Assembly: GCA_964617715.1 (NCBI GenBank)
Contig: CAZTZN010000003.1
Coordinates: 13,048 to 77,047, forward strand
Origin: an uncultured Armatimonadia bacterium
GTDB taxonomy: Bacteria; Armatimonadota; Zipacnadia; Zipacnadales; UBA5352
Length of the DNA: 64,000 nucleotides
Direction of reading: 5' to 3'
Of this stretch, positions 18,680 through 30,341 are shown one piece after another (within the stretch, counting starts at the first letter, position 1; every line of letters starts with the position of its first letter). The position numbers and the translations under genes were made by a program. Under the pieces are notes generated by a model. That model was not told the origin of the DNA. It was given only the letters and a program-made list of their open reading frames with translations, and searched no databases.

Positions 18680-19471
18680 GTGCACGAAGAACACGGAAGC
18701 TGGCTCAAACCGATCGCCGACCTGCTGCCCGCGAGTTGGCACGGCTTCGTGGATGTCTACGTGCTCAACGGTTGGCTGATCATGCTCATCCTGGTGCTGC
18801 TCGCCTGGCTGGGCACGCGCCGACGCGCACGGGTTCCGCGTGGTCTGCAGAACGCCTGGGAGATGTACGTGGTCTTCGTGCGCGATTTCTGTGTCGAGCA
18901 GATTGGCCCCGGCGCCGAGAAGTACGCGCCCTTGCTGGGCACGCTCTTCATCTACATCCTGTTCATGAATCTGTTCGGCCTGATCCCGGGCTTCATCACG
19001 CCGACCATGTCGATCAACGTAACGGCGGCGCTGGCGCTCTCGGTGTTCCTGTTTGTACAGTACTCGGGCTTCGCCCGGCAGGGCGTGGGCTATCTCATGA
19101 ATTTTGTCGGCGAGCCCTGGTGGTTGTTCCCAATCAATATCCCGGTGCACGTGATTGGGGAACTGGCCAAGCCGCTGTCGCTGGCCGTGCGTCTTTTCGG
19201 CAACATGTTCGGCGAGGAGACGGCCATCTTCCGTATGGCAGCCTTGGGCGCGATGATCCTGCCCTTTACGTACATCCCGATCCCGGTACAGATCATCAAC
19301 GTGGCGCTGCACCTGATCATCGGCCCGATCCAGGCGTTCGTCTTCTTCATTCTCAGCGCCGCTTACATTGAGATGGCGATACAAGTCCACGAGGGCGAGC
19401 ACGAGGACGCACACGACGCGGACGACACAACCCCTGAGCACGCGCTGGAGCCGATCGAGCAGGCTGGCTGA
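18680..19471 (+). CDS. atpB: F0F1 ATP synthase subunit a
   Basis: 263 aa. Conserved subunit-a helices including LSLAVRLFGNMFGEE (essential Arg) and ...IQAFVFF.LS..YI. Confidence 0.95.
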   Translation: MHEEHGSWLKPIADLLPASWHGFVDVYVLNGWLIMLILVLLAWLGTRRRARVPRGLQNAWEMYVVFVRDFCVEQIGPGAEKYAPLLGTLFIYILFMNLFGLIPGFITPTMSINVTAALALSVFLFVQYSGFARQGVGYLMNFVGEPWWLFPINIPVHVIGELAKPLSLAVRLFGNMFGEETAIFRMAALGAMILPFTYIPIPVQIINVALHLIIGPIQAFVFFILSAAYIEMAIQVHEGEHEDAHDADDTTPEHALEPIEQAG

Positions 19472-19516
19472 GCGCGTAGGGTAAGCACAGACGCATGGTC
19501 TGGAGGGACGACGAGC

Positions 19517-19783
19517 ATGGACTATCCCAGCGCGTTGGCACTGGCGGTCGGCTTTGGTCTACCACTCGCGGTGGCGCTGGCGGCGCTCGGACAGGGGCGC
19601 GCGGCCGCGGCCGCCATGGAGGGCATCGCGCGCCAGCCTGACGCCGCGAGCAACATCCGTAGCGCCCTGATCCTCTCGCTGGCGCTGATCGAGTCACTGG
19701 TCATCTACGTGCTGCTGGCCTTCCTGCTGTTGTTCGGCAAATTGCCGCCGGTGATGGACTACCTGAAGGAGATCGGCAAGTGA
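19517..19783 (+). CDS. atpE: F0F1 ATP synthase subunit c
   Basis: 88-aa hairpin proteolipid. GLPLAVALAALGQGRAA... and conserved carboxylate in ALIESLVIYVLL (E). Confidence 0.95.
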   Translation: MDYPSALALAVGFGLPLAVALAALGQGRAAAAAMEGIARQPDAASNIRSALILSLALIESLVIYVLLAFLLLFGKLPPVMDYLKEIGK

Positions 19784-19829
19784 GTCCGTCCACGCGACGG
19801 GCGGGCCGGACGGGTGCAGGCTGAGGACC

Positions 19830-20357
19830 ATGCAGGAGATTTTTCACGCACTAGGGCTGGAGCCGGGCATCCTGGCGGTGAACATCGCCGGGTTCGTCCT
19901 GCTGGTGGTGCTGCTCAAGCGCTTTGCCTTCGGGCCGATCGGCGAGATCCTCGATGATCGTGCTCGTGAGGTGGAAGCGAACCTCGCCGAGGCTGAGCGT
20001 GCGCGCCAGATGGCCCTCGCCGACAAGCGCGCCATGGAGGAGCAGCTCAGCACGCTCGACCGGCGGGCCGATGAGATCGTGGCCGAGGCCGAGCGCAGGG
20101 CTGAGCAGGAGCGCGCCCGCATCCTCGAGCACGCCGCCCAGGAGAGCCGGCGCATCGTTGAAGATGGCGAGCGCCGGGTGCAAAGCGCGGCCGAAGAAGC
20201 GCGGCGGCAGCTCCGCGCCGAGACCGCGGCGATGGCCGTCGAGGTGTCGCTGCGCGCTCTGCGCGAGGCCATGGACGAGCGGCGACAGGCGGCCCTGGTA
20301 GATGCCTTCATCGACGACATCGAGCGTATCGCCGCCGGCGGGAGCAAGCCGCGATGA
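19830..20357 (+). CDS. atpF: F0F1 ATP synthase subunit b
   Basis: Single N-terminal TM helix followed by a long Ala/Glu/Arg-rich coiled coil. Position between atpE and atpH. Confidence 0.9.
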   Translation: MQEIFHALGLEPGILAVNIAGFVLLVVLLKRFAFGPIGEILDDRAREVEANLAEAERARQMALADKRAMEEQLSTLDRRADEIVAEAERRAEQERARILEHAAQESRRIVEDGERRVQSAAEEARRQLRAETAAMAVEVSLRALREAMDERRQAALVDAFIDDIERIAAGGSKPR

Positions 20358-20905
20358 TCGGCCGTTCGGTCGTGCGGCGCTATCTGGCCGCAGCCCTGGA
20401 GGCCGCGGACCGTGATGGTGTGCGCGATGTGCTCGGGGCCCAACTCGCGCGGCTGACGCCGATGGCGAATGTCTCGCCCGATCTCAAGCGGCTGCTGGCG
20501 CACCCGACGATGGCGGTCGAACGCAAGCTCGAGGCCATCGGGCGCCTGCTTGGCGAGTCGCCGGTGGCGCCACTGCGCGACCTGATCGTGCTGCTGATCG
20601 ACAACGATCGCCTCGAAGTGCTGCGCACGGCCGCAGAGGTCTACCAGGAACTCGTAGACGAGGCAGATGGCGTGGTCCGTGCACACGTGACCACCGCCAT
20701 GCCGCTGCCCGACGACCAGGCGCAGCGGCTGGCGAGTGCGCTTGGCCGGTGGCTGGGCGCCCCGGTCGTGCTCGACCGCCGCGTGGACTCTGAGATCGTC
20801 GGCGGCATCATGGTGCGTGTGGGCGACCGGACGCTCGACGGCAGCCTGCGTGGGCGGCTGGAGCGGGTCAGGGCGATGATGACGGCTGAGACGGGCGCCC
20901 TCTGA
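20354..20905 (+). CDS. atpH: F0F1 ATP synthase subunit delta (OSCP)
   Basis: 183 aa. Overlaps the atpF stop (ATGA). C-terminal motif region ...VDSEIVGGIMVRVGDRTLDGSLRGRL is typical of delta. Confidence 0.9.
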   Translation: MIGRSVVRRYLAAALEAADRDGVRDVLGAQLARLTPMANVSPDLKRLLAHPTMAVERKLEAIGRLLGESPVAPLRDLIVLLIDNDRLEVLRTAAEVYQELVDEADGVVRAHVTTAMPLPDDQAQRLASALGRWLGAPVVLDRRVDSEIVGGIMVRVGDRTLDGSLRGRLERVRAMMTAETGAL

Positions 20906-20951
20906 CGGGCGCTCTGTCGGATGCACCGGGTGCACAAGGGAGTGACTGCCG

Positions 20952-22478
20952 GTGTCGGTGCGACCTGAGGAGGTCATGTCGGTCCTGCGGGATCGGCTGA
21001 ACGCTTACCGCGATGAGCTGGAGCTGACCAGCACGGGCATCGTCCTGCAGGTCGGCGACGGCATCGCGCGCGTGTACGGCCTATCCGAGGCCATGTCGCA
21101 GGAGCTGATCGACTTCGGCCACGGCGTCCTCGGCATCGCTCTCAATCTGGAGGAGGACTCGGTGGGCTGCGTGCTGCTCGGGTCGGACGAGCACATCAGC
21201 GAAGGCGACCGCGTGTACACCACCGGCCATATCGCGCAGACCAAGGTCGGCGCGGCGCTGTTTGGCCGTGTCGTCAACCCTCTCGCGGAGCCGCTCGATG
21301 ACAGGGGCCCGGTAGAGACCGGCGACACGCGGCCGCTGGAAGTGATTGCGCCGGGCGTCATCAAGCGCCAGCCGGTCAGCGAGCCGCTGCGCACCGGTAT
21401 CAAGGCCATTGACGCCGCCATCCCCATCGGGCGAGGCCAACGCGAGCTGATCATCGGCGACCGCCAGACCGGCAAGACGCAGATCGCTCTCGACACCATC
21501 GTCAACCAGCGCGGTGGCGACGTGAAATGCATCTACGTTGCCATCGGCCAGAAGCTCTCGACCATCCGCCGGCTGGTGGCGATGCTGGAGCAGGCCGACG
21601 CCATGGACTACACGTGCGTGGTCGCCGCCACCGCATCCGACCCTGCCGCGCTGCAGTACATCGCACCCTACGCCGGTTGCGCGATCGGTGAGTGGGTGCG
21701 CGACCAGGGCGGTCACGCCCTCGTGGTCTACGACGACCTGTCCAAGCACGCCCAGGCCTACCGCCAGATGTCGCTGCTGCTGCGCCGTCCGCCGGGGCGC
21801 GAAGCCTACCCCGGTGACATCTTCAACCTGCACTCGCGATTGCTCGAGCGGGCCGCCAAGCTTTCCGACGAAGAAGGTGCGGGCTCGCTGACCGCTCTGC
21901 CCATCGTCGAGACTCAGGAGGGCGACTTCTCGGCGTACATCCCGACCAACGTGGTCTCTATCACCGATGGGCAGATCTATCTCGAGCCGCGGCTCTTCCA
22001 TGAGGGCCAGCGGCCGGCCATCAGCATAGGCATGTCGGTGTCCCGCGTGGGTTCGGATGCTCAGAGCAAGATGATGAAGCAGGTGGGCTCGCGGCTGAAG
22101 CTCGACCTCGCCAACTATCGCGAGTATGAGGCCTTCGCTCAGTTCGGCGCCGATCTCGACGACGAGACTCGCCGCATCCTCGCTCAGGGCCAGCGCATGG
22201 TCGAGGTCCTCAAGCAGCCGCCGCTGGAACCCATGAGCGAGGTGGACATGGTCATCATCCTGTTCGCGGGCACGCGCGGCCACCTGCTCGACGTGCCTGC
22301 GGCGGACGTTCAGGAGATCGAGCCGCTCCTGGTCCGGTACGTGCGCGAGAAGGCGCCGGACCTGGTGCGGCGCCTGGAGACGAGCCGCGCCATCAGCGAA
22401 GATGACGAGAAGCAGCTCGGCCAGCTCGTGGACGGATTCAAGCGGGAGTGGCGGCTGCAGCGCCCCGATGACGAGTAG
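20952..22478 (+). CDS. atpA: F0F1 ATP synthase subunit alpha
   Basis: GTG start. MSVRPEEV.., Walker A GDRQTGKT, ...ITDGQIYLE. 508 aa. Confidence 0.97.
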   Translation: MSVRPEEVMSVLRDRLNAYRDELELTSTGIVLQVGDGIARVYGLSEAMSQELIDFGHGVLGIALNLEEDSVGCVLLGSDEHISEGDRVYTTGHIAQTKVGAALFGRVVNPLAEPLDDRGPVETGDTRPLEVIAPGVIKRQPVSEPLRTGIKAIDAAIPIGRGQRELIIGDRQTGKTQIALDTIVNQRGGDVKCIYVAIGQKLSTIRRLVAMLEQADAMDYTCVVAATASDPAALQYIAPYAGCAIGEWVRDQGGHALVVYDDLSKHAQAYRQMSLLLRRPPGREAYPGDIFNLHSRLLERAAKLSDEEGAGSLTALPIVETQEGDFSAYIPTNVVSITDGQIYLEPRLFHEGQRPAISIGMSVSRVGSDAQSKMMKQVGSRLKLDLANYREYEAFAQFGADLDDETRRILAQGQRMVEVLKQPPLEPMSEVDMVIILFAGTRGHLLDVPAADVQEIEPLLVRYVREKAPDLVRRLETSRAISEDDEKQLGQLVDGFKREWRLQRPDDE

Positions 22479-22496
22479 ACGCCCCGGAGGAGACCT

Positions 22497-23360
22497 GTGC
22501 CTGAGAACCTGCGCGTCCTGCGCCGCAAGCGCGAGATCGTTGGCGAGATCCAGCAGATCACGCGTGCGATGAAGCTGGTGTCGGCCGCCAAGCTGAAGCG
22601 CGTGCTGACCTGGCGCGACGCCACCCAGGCATACTGCAGCGAGCTCGAGGCGGCGCTGGCGCTGGTGCTGGCGAACGTGGGTCCGGGCTTTACCCATCCG
22701 CTGCTGGCCGAGCGGCCGGTCGAGCGCATCGGCCTGCTGCTGGTGGCCGGCGACAAGGGACTGTGCGGGGCCTTCAATGCGAATGTGCTGGGCGCCGCGC
22801 GCGAGTTCGTCGGCAGGCAGCGGGTACGCGTGCAGACCATGACTGTGGGCACGCGCACTGCCGAGATGGCGCGCCGGGCGCGGCTCAACGTGACACGAGA
22901 GTTCCCGGCGATCAACGAGCGTCAACGCGGTGCGGACGTGCTGGAGATGGCCCGCCACCTGTTCGGCGCCTGGGAGACGGGCGGTTACGACGCCCTCTAC
23001 ATCTGCCACGCCCGGTTCATCTCACGCATGCGCAACACGCCGGTCATCGAGCGGGTGCTCCCCGCGGCGTTGCCCGAGGCGGCCGTCGATCCGCAGCCGG
23101 TGCTCCTGGAGCCCGATGCCCGGCGGCTCGCCGGCACCATGCTGCCGCAGTATACCGTTGCCGGTCTCTTTGAGGCGTTGCTGAGCAGCGCGGCATCCGA
23201 ACACAGCGCTCGGCTGATGGCGATGTCGGCGGCCACCGACAACGCGCAGGAGATGCTTACGCAACTCACCCGGCAGATCAACCGCGCGCGACAGGCACAG
23301 GTGACGCGCGAATTGCTCGATGTCGTCAGCGGCGCGGACGCCCTGCAGGTGCAGCGGTGA
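22497..23360 (+). CDS. atpG: F0F1 ATP synthase subunit gamma
   Basis: 287 aa. N-terminal IQQITRAMKLVSAAKL and C-terminal coiled-coil ...LTRQINRARQAQVTRELLDVVSGADAL. Confidence 0.95.
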   Translation: MPENLRVLRRKREIVGEIQQITRAMKLVSAAKLKRVLTWRDATQAYCSELEAALALVLANVGPGFTHPLLAERPVERIGLLLVAGDKGLCGAFNANVLGAAREFVGRQRVRVQTMTVGTRTAEMARRARLNVTREFPAINERQRGADVLEMARHLFGAWETGGYDALYICHARFISRMRNTPVIERVLPAALPEAAVDPQPVLLEPDARRLAGTMLPQYTVAGLFEALLSSAASEHSARLMAMSAATDNAQEMLTQLTRQINRARQAQVTRELLDVVSGADALQVQR

Positions 23361-24890
<1,530 letters not shown>

Positions 24891-24897
24891 GCCAGCC

Positions 24898-25314
24898 ATG
24901 CCCGACGGCCTCAAGGTGAGGATACTCACCCCGATGGGGGAGGTGCTGGACACCACCGCCGGCTACCTGCGTGTGCCCGCGGCCGATGGGCTGATGGGCG
25001 TCATGGCCCGGCATGCTCCGCTGGTGGCCCGGTTGGCGATCGGCGCCGTCGAGGTGACCGAGGCGCCGGGCCGCACGCGGTACTTCGCCACCACCGACGG
25101 GGTGCTGCACGTCACGCGTGGGGAAGCACTTGTGCTGGTTGATGCCGCCGAGGAGGCCGCCGAGATCGACATCGACCGGGCACGCAGGGCCCTCGAGCGC
25201 GCGCAGCACCGCCTGGCTTCTCGGCCTGGCGCCACCGTCAACGTCGTGCGGGCCGAACTCGCACTCGCCCGGGCGCTGAACCGCCTGCGCGTGGCCGAGC
25301 GGGCGCAGCCATGA
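24898..25314 (+). CDS. atpC: F0F1 ATP synthase subunit epsilon
   Basis: 138 aa. N-terminal beta-sandwich (KVRILTPMGEVLD...) and C-terminal helical hairpin. Last gene of the atp operon. Confidence 0.9.
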   Translation: MPDGLKVRILTPMGEVLDTTAGYLRVPAADGLMGVMARHAPLVARLAIGAVEVTEAPGRTRYFATTDGVLHVTRGEALVLVDAAEEAAEIDIDRARRALERAQHRLASRPGATVNVVRAELALARALNRLRVAERAQP

Positions 25315-25515
25315 CCCGGCGCAGGTGTACTTGACCGTGCCGGCGAAGGACTGAGTAACGCCTCGACATGACTGCCGCCCGGCCATGCACCCAGTTCGTC
25401 TCGGCGCCCGACCGGCCGAGGGGCGGTGCGATGGGGGGGCGGCTACACGTCCAGGGCGAAGCGACTTGCGGTCGCGGCACACACCTGCCGCCGGCCGGCT
25501 GGAGGAAGCGGACAC

Positions 25516-26814
25516 ATGTCACGCATCAGCATTGAAGGTGGCGCACCGCTGCACGGGACCGTTCGCGTCAGCGGCTCCAAGAACGGATCGCTGCCACTAC
25601 TGGCGGCGTCGCTGCTGGTGGATGGCGAGGTCATCCTCCACAACATCCCGCAGATCCGCGACATCCAGACGATGATCCGCATGCTGCGCGCGCTGGGCGC
25701 TCGGGCCGCGTTCCGCGATGACGGGGGGCTGGTCATCGACGGGTCGAGCATCAACTCCGTCAGCGCCCCCTACGACCTGGTACGCCGGATGCGCGGATCG
25801 TTCTACGTCGCCGGCCCACTGCTGGCGCGTTTCGGTGAGGCGCATGTGCCCCTGCCCGGCGGCTGCGTCATCGGCAGCCGGCCCGTGGACTTCCACATCA
25901 GGGGCTTCAAGGCCCTGGGCGCGGAGGTCGAAGAGAAGCACGGCGCCATGCACGCGACCGCGCGGCGCATGCGCGGCACCCGCATATACATGGATCCGCG
26001 TCTGCGCAGCGTCGGCGCCACGGTCAACCTGATGATGGCTGCCTGCATGGCGGAGGGCACCACCGTCATCGAGAACGCCTCGCGCGAACCGGAGGTCGTG
26101 GACTGCCAGCAGTTCCTGACCGCCGCCGGCGCTCAGATCGAGGGCGTGGGCACCACCACCCTGCGCATCACCGGCGTCGAGCGCCTGCATGGCGTGGAGT
26201 GGACGGCCATCAGCGACCGCATGGAGGCCGGCACCTTCCTCATCGCCGCTGCCCTCACCCGCGGCGAGGTCACGGTTGAGCCGGTGGATCCCGAGCACAT
26301 GAGCATGGTCATCGACGTCCTCGAGCAGGCCGGCTGTGATATCGAGCTGGCCGCGCGCAGCGTCACACTGCGCATGGATGACCGGCCCGCCGCGGTGGAC
26401 GTGATGACCGCGCCCTACCCGGGCTACCCGACCGACCTGCAGCCCAACACCGGCGTACTCATGTCCATCGCCCGCGGTGTCTCGGTGATCGAAGAGACCA
26501 TCTTCGACGCCCGGTTCAACTATGTGGACGAGTTGATACGCATGGGCGCGGATGTGCGCGTGATGGACGGAGCTGCGATCTTCAAGGGCGTGCCCCAGTT
26601 GTTCGGCGCCCCCGTGGTGGCCACTGACATCCGCGCCGGCGCGGCGTTGATCCTCGCCGGGCTGGCCGCCGAAGGCGAAACGGAGGTCAGCGGCGGTGTG
26701 TTGGTCGATCGCGGCTACGAGGACATTACGGGCAAGCTCAGCTCGCTGGGGGCTCGCATCGAGACGGCGCCCGAGACGGATCCGGAGAGATCCGACGACG
26801 AATGTTTAGTCTGA
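25516..26814 (+). CDS. murA: UDP-N-acetylglucosamine 1-carboxyvinyltransferase
   Basis: Start ATG 25516 after GGAGGAAG. MSRISIEGGAPLHGTVRVSGSKNGSLPLLAASLL..., catalytic Cys loop (PGGCVIGSRPVD), C-terminal ...DRGYEDI. about 433 aa. Confidence 0.95.
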   Translation: MSRISIEGGAPLHGTVRVSGSKNGSLPLLAASLLVDGEVILHNIPQIRDIQTMIRMLRALGARAAFRDDGGLVIDGSSINSVSAPYDLVRRMRGSFYVAGPLLARFGEAHVPLPGGCVIGSRPVDFHIRGFKALGAEVEEKHGAMHATARRMRGTRIYMDPRLRSVGATVNLMMAACMAEGTTVIENASREPEVVDCQQFLTAAGAQIEGVGTTTLRITGVERLHGVEWTAISDRMEAGTFLIAAALTRGEVTVEPVDPEHMSMVIDVLEQAGCDIELAARSVTLRMDDRPAAVDVMTAPYPGYPTDLQPNTGVLMSIARGVSVIEETIFDARFNYVDELIRMGADVRVMDGAAIFKGVPQLFGAPVVATDIRAGAALILAGLAAEGETEVSGGVLVDRGYEDITGKLSSLGARIETAPETDPERSDDECLV

Positions 26815-27827
26815 ACGAGAAGCTTGGAATCGACCTGGGCACTGCGACCATTGTGGTCTTCGTTCAGGGCCGGGGCATAGTCATTCGCGAGCCCTCGGTG
26901 GTCGCTACCGATGGCCCGGATGGCCGTGTGCTGTCGGTGGGCGAAGAGGCGCAGGCGATGCTCGGTCGCACGCCCGGCAGCATCGTCGCCAAGCGCCCGC
27001 TGCGCGACGGCGTCATCGCGGACTACTCGGTCACCCGCGAGATGCTCAGCTACCTGATCCGCAAGGCCACCGGCTTCCGCGGGCGGATCTTCAAGCCCAT
27101 GGCGGTAATCTGCATCCCCTCTGCGGCCACCAGCGTCGAGCGCCGTGCCGCGCTCGACGCCACCCAGGCCGCCGGCGCGGGCCGCGTCATCCCCATCGAG
27201 GAGCCGATGGCCGCGGCCATCGGCGCCGGACTGCCCATCGCAGCGCCTGGTGGCAACCTGGTCGTAGACATCGGCGGCGGCACCACGGACGTCGCCGTCA
27301 TCTCGCTCGGCGGCATCGTCGTCAGCGACTCCCTGCGCCTGGGAGGCAACCATCTCGACGAGGCCATCATCCGACACATCAAGCGCGTCTACAACCTCGA
27401 TATCGGTGAGCGCACCTCAGAGAGCATCAAGATCCAGATCGGTTCCGCCTTCGAGCTGGACGAGGAACGGGAGATGGAGGTCCGCGGGCGCGATGTGGTC
27501 ACGGGCCTGCCCAAGACCGTGAGCGTCATCTCCATTGAAATCCGCTCGGCCATCTCCGAGGGCGTGTTTTCGATCGTCGAGGCGGTCAAGGCCATCCTTG
27601 AGCGCACGCCGCCTGAGCTGTCGTCGGACATTATCGAGCGCGGCATCTGCCTCACCGGCGGCGGCGCGCTGCTCCAGGGCCTCGACCGGCTGATCGAGCT
27701 CGAGACCGGGATCCCGACACGCGTAGCCGACGACCCCATCTCGTGTGTCGCGCTGGGCACCGGCAAGGTACTTGACGAGGCCGACGTTCTCCACCGCCAC
27801 GCCCGCTCAATGGCCGGCTACTGGTAA
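26802..27827 (+). CDS. mreB: rod shape-determining actin homolog MreB/Mbl
   Basis: 341 aa. LGIDLGTATIVV (phosphate-1), DIGGGTTDVAV (phosphate-2), GGGALL (adenosine). Overlaps the murA stop. Confidence 0.95.
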   Translation: MFSLNEKLGIDLGTATIVVFVQGRGIVIREPSVVATDGPDGRVLSVGEEAQAMLGRTPGSIVAKRPLRDGVIADYSVTREMLSYLIRKATGFRGRIFKPMAVICIPSAATSVERRAALDATQAAGAGRVIPIEEPMAAAIGAGLPIAAPGGNLVVDIGGGTTDVAVISLGGIVVSDSLRLGGNHLDEAIIRHIKRVYNLDIGERTSESIKIQIGSAFELDEEREMEVRGRDVVTGLPKTVSVISIEIRSAISEGVFSIVEAVKAILERTPPELSSDIIERGICLTGGGALLQGLDRLIELETGIPTRVADDPISCVALGTGKVLDEADVLHRHARSMAGYW

Positions 27828-28345
27828 GATCAGGGGGGCGCAAGCCACCGGCAGCAACACCCGCGGCCCTCACTCCCTGACGCGGCTACTCCACGCGCCA
27901 CGTGCGCCCCTCGGTCGGATCGCCGTGGCAGGCATTCCCCGAGGCATCGGCGCCGACGAAGCGGCAGGCATGCGTCGCGTCCGGCAGCGAGGCCACCTTG
28001 CCCCGTGCTGCCCGGCAGGGCACGGCGACCGGAACCGGCAGACAGGCGACCGCACACCTCATCTGCGCCACCTCCACAGCTTCGTGGCCCTTCTCGCGGG
28101 TGGTCACTGCCATGGCATCCGCTGCAATCCCGGGCGTCAACATATCTCCGGAGGCTGTTCCGGTCTGGCGACGCTCGGTGCTGCCCTGCCCGGCCTGAAG
28201 GTGAGTAGCCTGACCACCGCGAAGCTACGCACGCTTGGCAGGCGACCGTCTTGAGATGCCGCGCAGGCCCCCCGCTTGCGAGATCGTCGCACTCCGTCCC
28301 GTGCGCCGGCCGGCAACAATTGGCAGCTTCAAGGGAGGTACACAG

Positions 28346-30112
28346 ATGACCAGGCGCAGTCTCGAGGCCGAAATCGTCGTCGCGGGGGGAGGGCTGGCGG
28401 GCGTATGCGCCGCCATCTCGGCGGCCCGCTCGGGTGCGGACGTGATCCTCATTCATGACCGCCCGATGCTCGGTGGCAATACCTCCTCTGAAGTGCGCGT
28501 ACATGCCACCGGCGCCGACTGCTCCGGCAGGCGTCCGCACGCACGGGAAGGGGGAATCATCGAGGAGATCCGCCTCGCCGATGCTGTGCGCAACCCCCAG
28601 CGCTCTAACTCCATGTGGGATTTGATCCTCGAGGAGTGGGTGCGGCGCGAGGACAGCATCCGTCTGTTTCTCAACACGGCAGTCGTCGCCGCCGCCATGA
28701 CCGAGGACAATGCCATCGGCACGGTGACCTGCGCGCGCCCGTGGACCGAGGAGGAGTTGCACGTCTGCGGCGACATCTTCATCGACTGCACCGGCGATGG
28801 ACAACTCGGCTTCGAGGCAGGCGCCGACTTCCGCATCGGCCGCGAGGCCCCGGATGAGTTCGGCGAAGAGCACGCCGAGGGCCCCGACAACAAGACCATG
28901 GGCTGCTCGCTGATGTGGATAGCGGAGGACACCGGCGCGCCGGTGAAGTTCACTCCGCCCCGCTGGGCTCGGCGCTTCGAGTCCGACGAGGACCTGCCCT
29001 TCCGCGGCCACGGCGAGCTGCGCCACGGTCACTGGTGGATCGAGTGGGGGGGCGAGCTGGACATGATCAAAGACCAGGACGAGATCCGCCAGGAGCTGCT
29101 CGCCTGCCTGCTGGGCGTGTGGGATCACATCAAGAATCACGGCGATCACGGCGCCGAGAACTGGGCGCTGCGCTGGTTCGGAGTGCTGCCCGCCAAGCGC
29201 GAGTCTCGCCGGCTGATGGGCCCCCATATCCTCACCGAAAACGACATCATGGAAAGTCGCGTGTTCGAGGACCGCATCGCCCACGGCGGGTGGAGTATCG
29301 ACACCCATCCGCCCAGGGGCATCTACTCACCCGAGCGCCCCTCGTGGCACCTGTTGTCCGAGGACGTCTACTCGATCCCGCTGCGCAGTCTCTACTCGCG
29401 CATTGTGCCGAACCTGATGATGGCCGGGCGGTGCGCGAGCTGCACGCACATGGGCATGGGCTCAACGCGCGTGGCCGCCACCGGCGCCGCGATGGGCCAG
29501 GCGGTGGGGGCCGCGGCCGCCCGCTGCGTGGACCTGCTGTGCCTGCCTGGCGATCTGTCCCCCGCCGACATCGCCGCGCTGCAGCAGCAGCTCCTGCGCG
29601 AGGATCACTTCATCCCGGAACTCGCCAATGAGGACCCCGACGATCTCGCACGTCAGGCTCGGGTGACCGCCACCAGCTACGAGGAGGGGCGCGAGCCTGA
29701 GCAGATCCTGTCCGGGGTGACGCGTCACCGCCACGGTAACGAGCACCAGTGGGCGTCTGCTCCAGGGCACGACTTGCCACAGAGCATCGAGCTGCGCTGG
29801 GACCTTCCGCAGGAGGTGTCCGAGGTGCAGATCATCTTCGACACCGGCTTCGCGCGGCCGCTCACCCTCACTCACAGCGACGCCTTCAACAGTCGGATGG
29901 TCCGCGGTCCGCAGCCGGAGACCGTGCGCGACTACGTCGTCGAACTTGAGGTTGAGGGGAACTGGGTCGAGGTGAAGCGGAAGACCGGCAACTACCGGCG
30001 ACGGCGCGTCCATCACTTCGAGCCGCTGACCACGACGGCCCTGCGCATCACCTGCAACGCCACCAACGGCGACCCACAGGCACGCATCTTCGAGGTGCGG
30101 GCGTACTCATAG
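28346..30112 (+). CDS. FAD-dependent oxidoreductase (FAD_oxidored/PF12831-like, CAZyme-locus associated)
   Basis: Start ATG 28346 after AAGGGAGG. GxGxxG dinucleotide motif IVVAGGGLAGVCAAISAARSG, DRPMLGGN..., long C-terminal beta domain. about 588 aa. Confidence 0.8.
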   Translation: MTRRSLEAEIVVAGGGLAGVCAAISAARSGADVILIHDRPMLGGNTSSEVRVHATGADCSGRRPHAREGGIIEEIRLADAVRNPQRSNSMWDLILEEWVRREDSIRLFLNTAVVAAAMTEDNAIGTVTCARPWTEEELHVCGDIFIDCTGDGQLGFEAGADFRIGREAPDEFGEEHAEGPDNKTMGCSLMWIAEDTGAPVKFTPPRWARRFESDEDLPFRGHGELRHGHWWIEWGGELDMIKDQDEIRQELLACLLGVWDHIKNHGDHGAENWALRWFGVLPAKRESRRLMGPHILTENDIMESRVFEDRIAHGGWSIDTHPPRGIYSPERPSWHLLSEDVYSIPLRSLYSRIVPNLMMAGRCASCTHMGMGSTRVAATGAAMGQAVGAAAARCVDLLCLPGDLSPADIAALQQQLLREDHFIPELANEDPDDLARQARVTATSYEEGREPEQILSGVTRHRHGNEHQWASAPGHDLPQSIELRWDLPQEVSEVQIIFDTGFARPLTLTHSDAFNSRMVRGPQPETVRDYVVELEVEGNWVEVKRKTGNYRRRRVHHFEPLTTTALRITCNATNGDPQARIFEVRAYS

Positions 30113-30265
30113 CTGTCGGCGACCGGCGAGCAGCTCGCAGCCACGGGACGCGCTGCGCAGGCCTCATTGTCCGCCGGTTGCTGAATGCCGCAGGTTGGGG
30201 TCTCGCTTCAATCTCCTGCACTTCGTGGCGGGCTGAGCTGGCTCGAGCGGCGCAGGGGTATGATC

Positions 30266-30294
30266 CTTGACGGGCCTTTGTCCGCGTCCTACAA
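30266..30294 (+). promoter_or_regulatory. near-consensus sigma70-type promoter TTGACG-17-TACAAT upstream of pdxT
   Basis: TTGACG 30266-30271, 17-nt spacer, TACAAT 30289-30294. RBS GGAGA and ATG at 30342. Confidence 0.55.
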
Positions 30295-30341
30295 TGTCGT
30301 GCGTTGCGCAGAGCACCGCCGCACCAGAACGGAGACCCCCT

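Noticed and set aside
25315-25515. Possible intrinsic terminator after atpC (GCGCCC...GGGCG) and a G7 homopolymer at about 25432
   Set aside because: Stem is weak or interrupted and has no U-tract. Cannot support a terminator call from sequence alone.
27886-28143. 85-codon Cys-rich minus-strand ORF in the long mreB-oxidoreductase gap, as a real small protein gene
   Set aside because: A GGAGA motif abuts the ATG with essentially no spacing, and I cannot verify conservation. Kept only as a possibility inside the intergenic finding.
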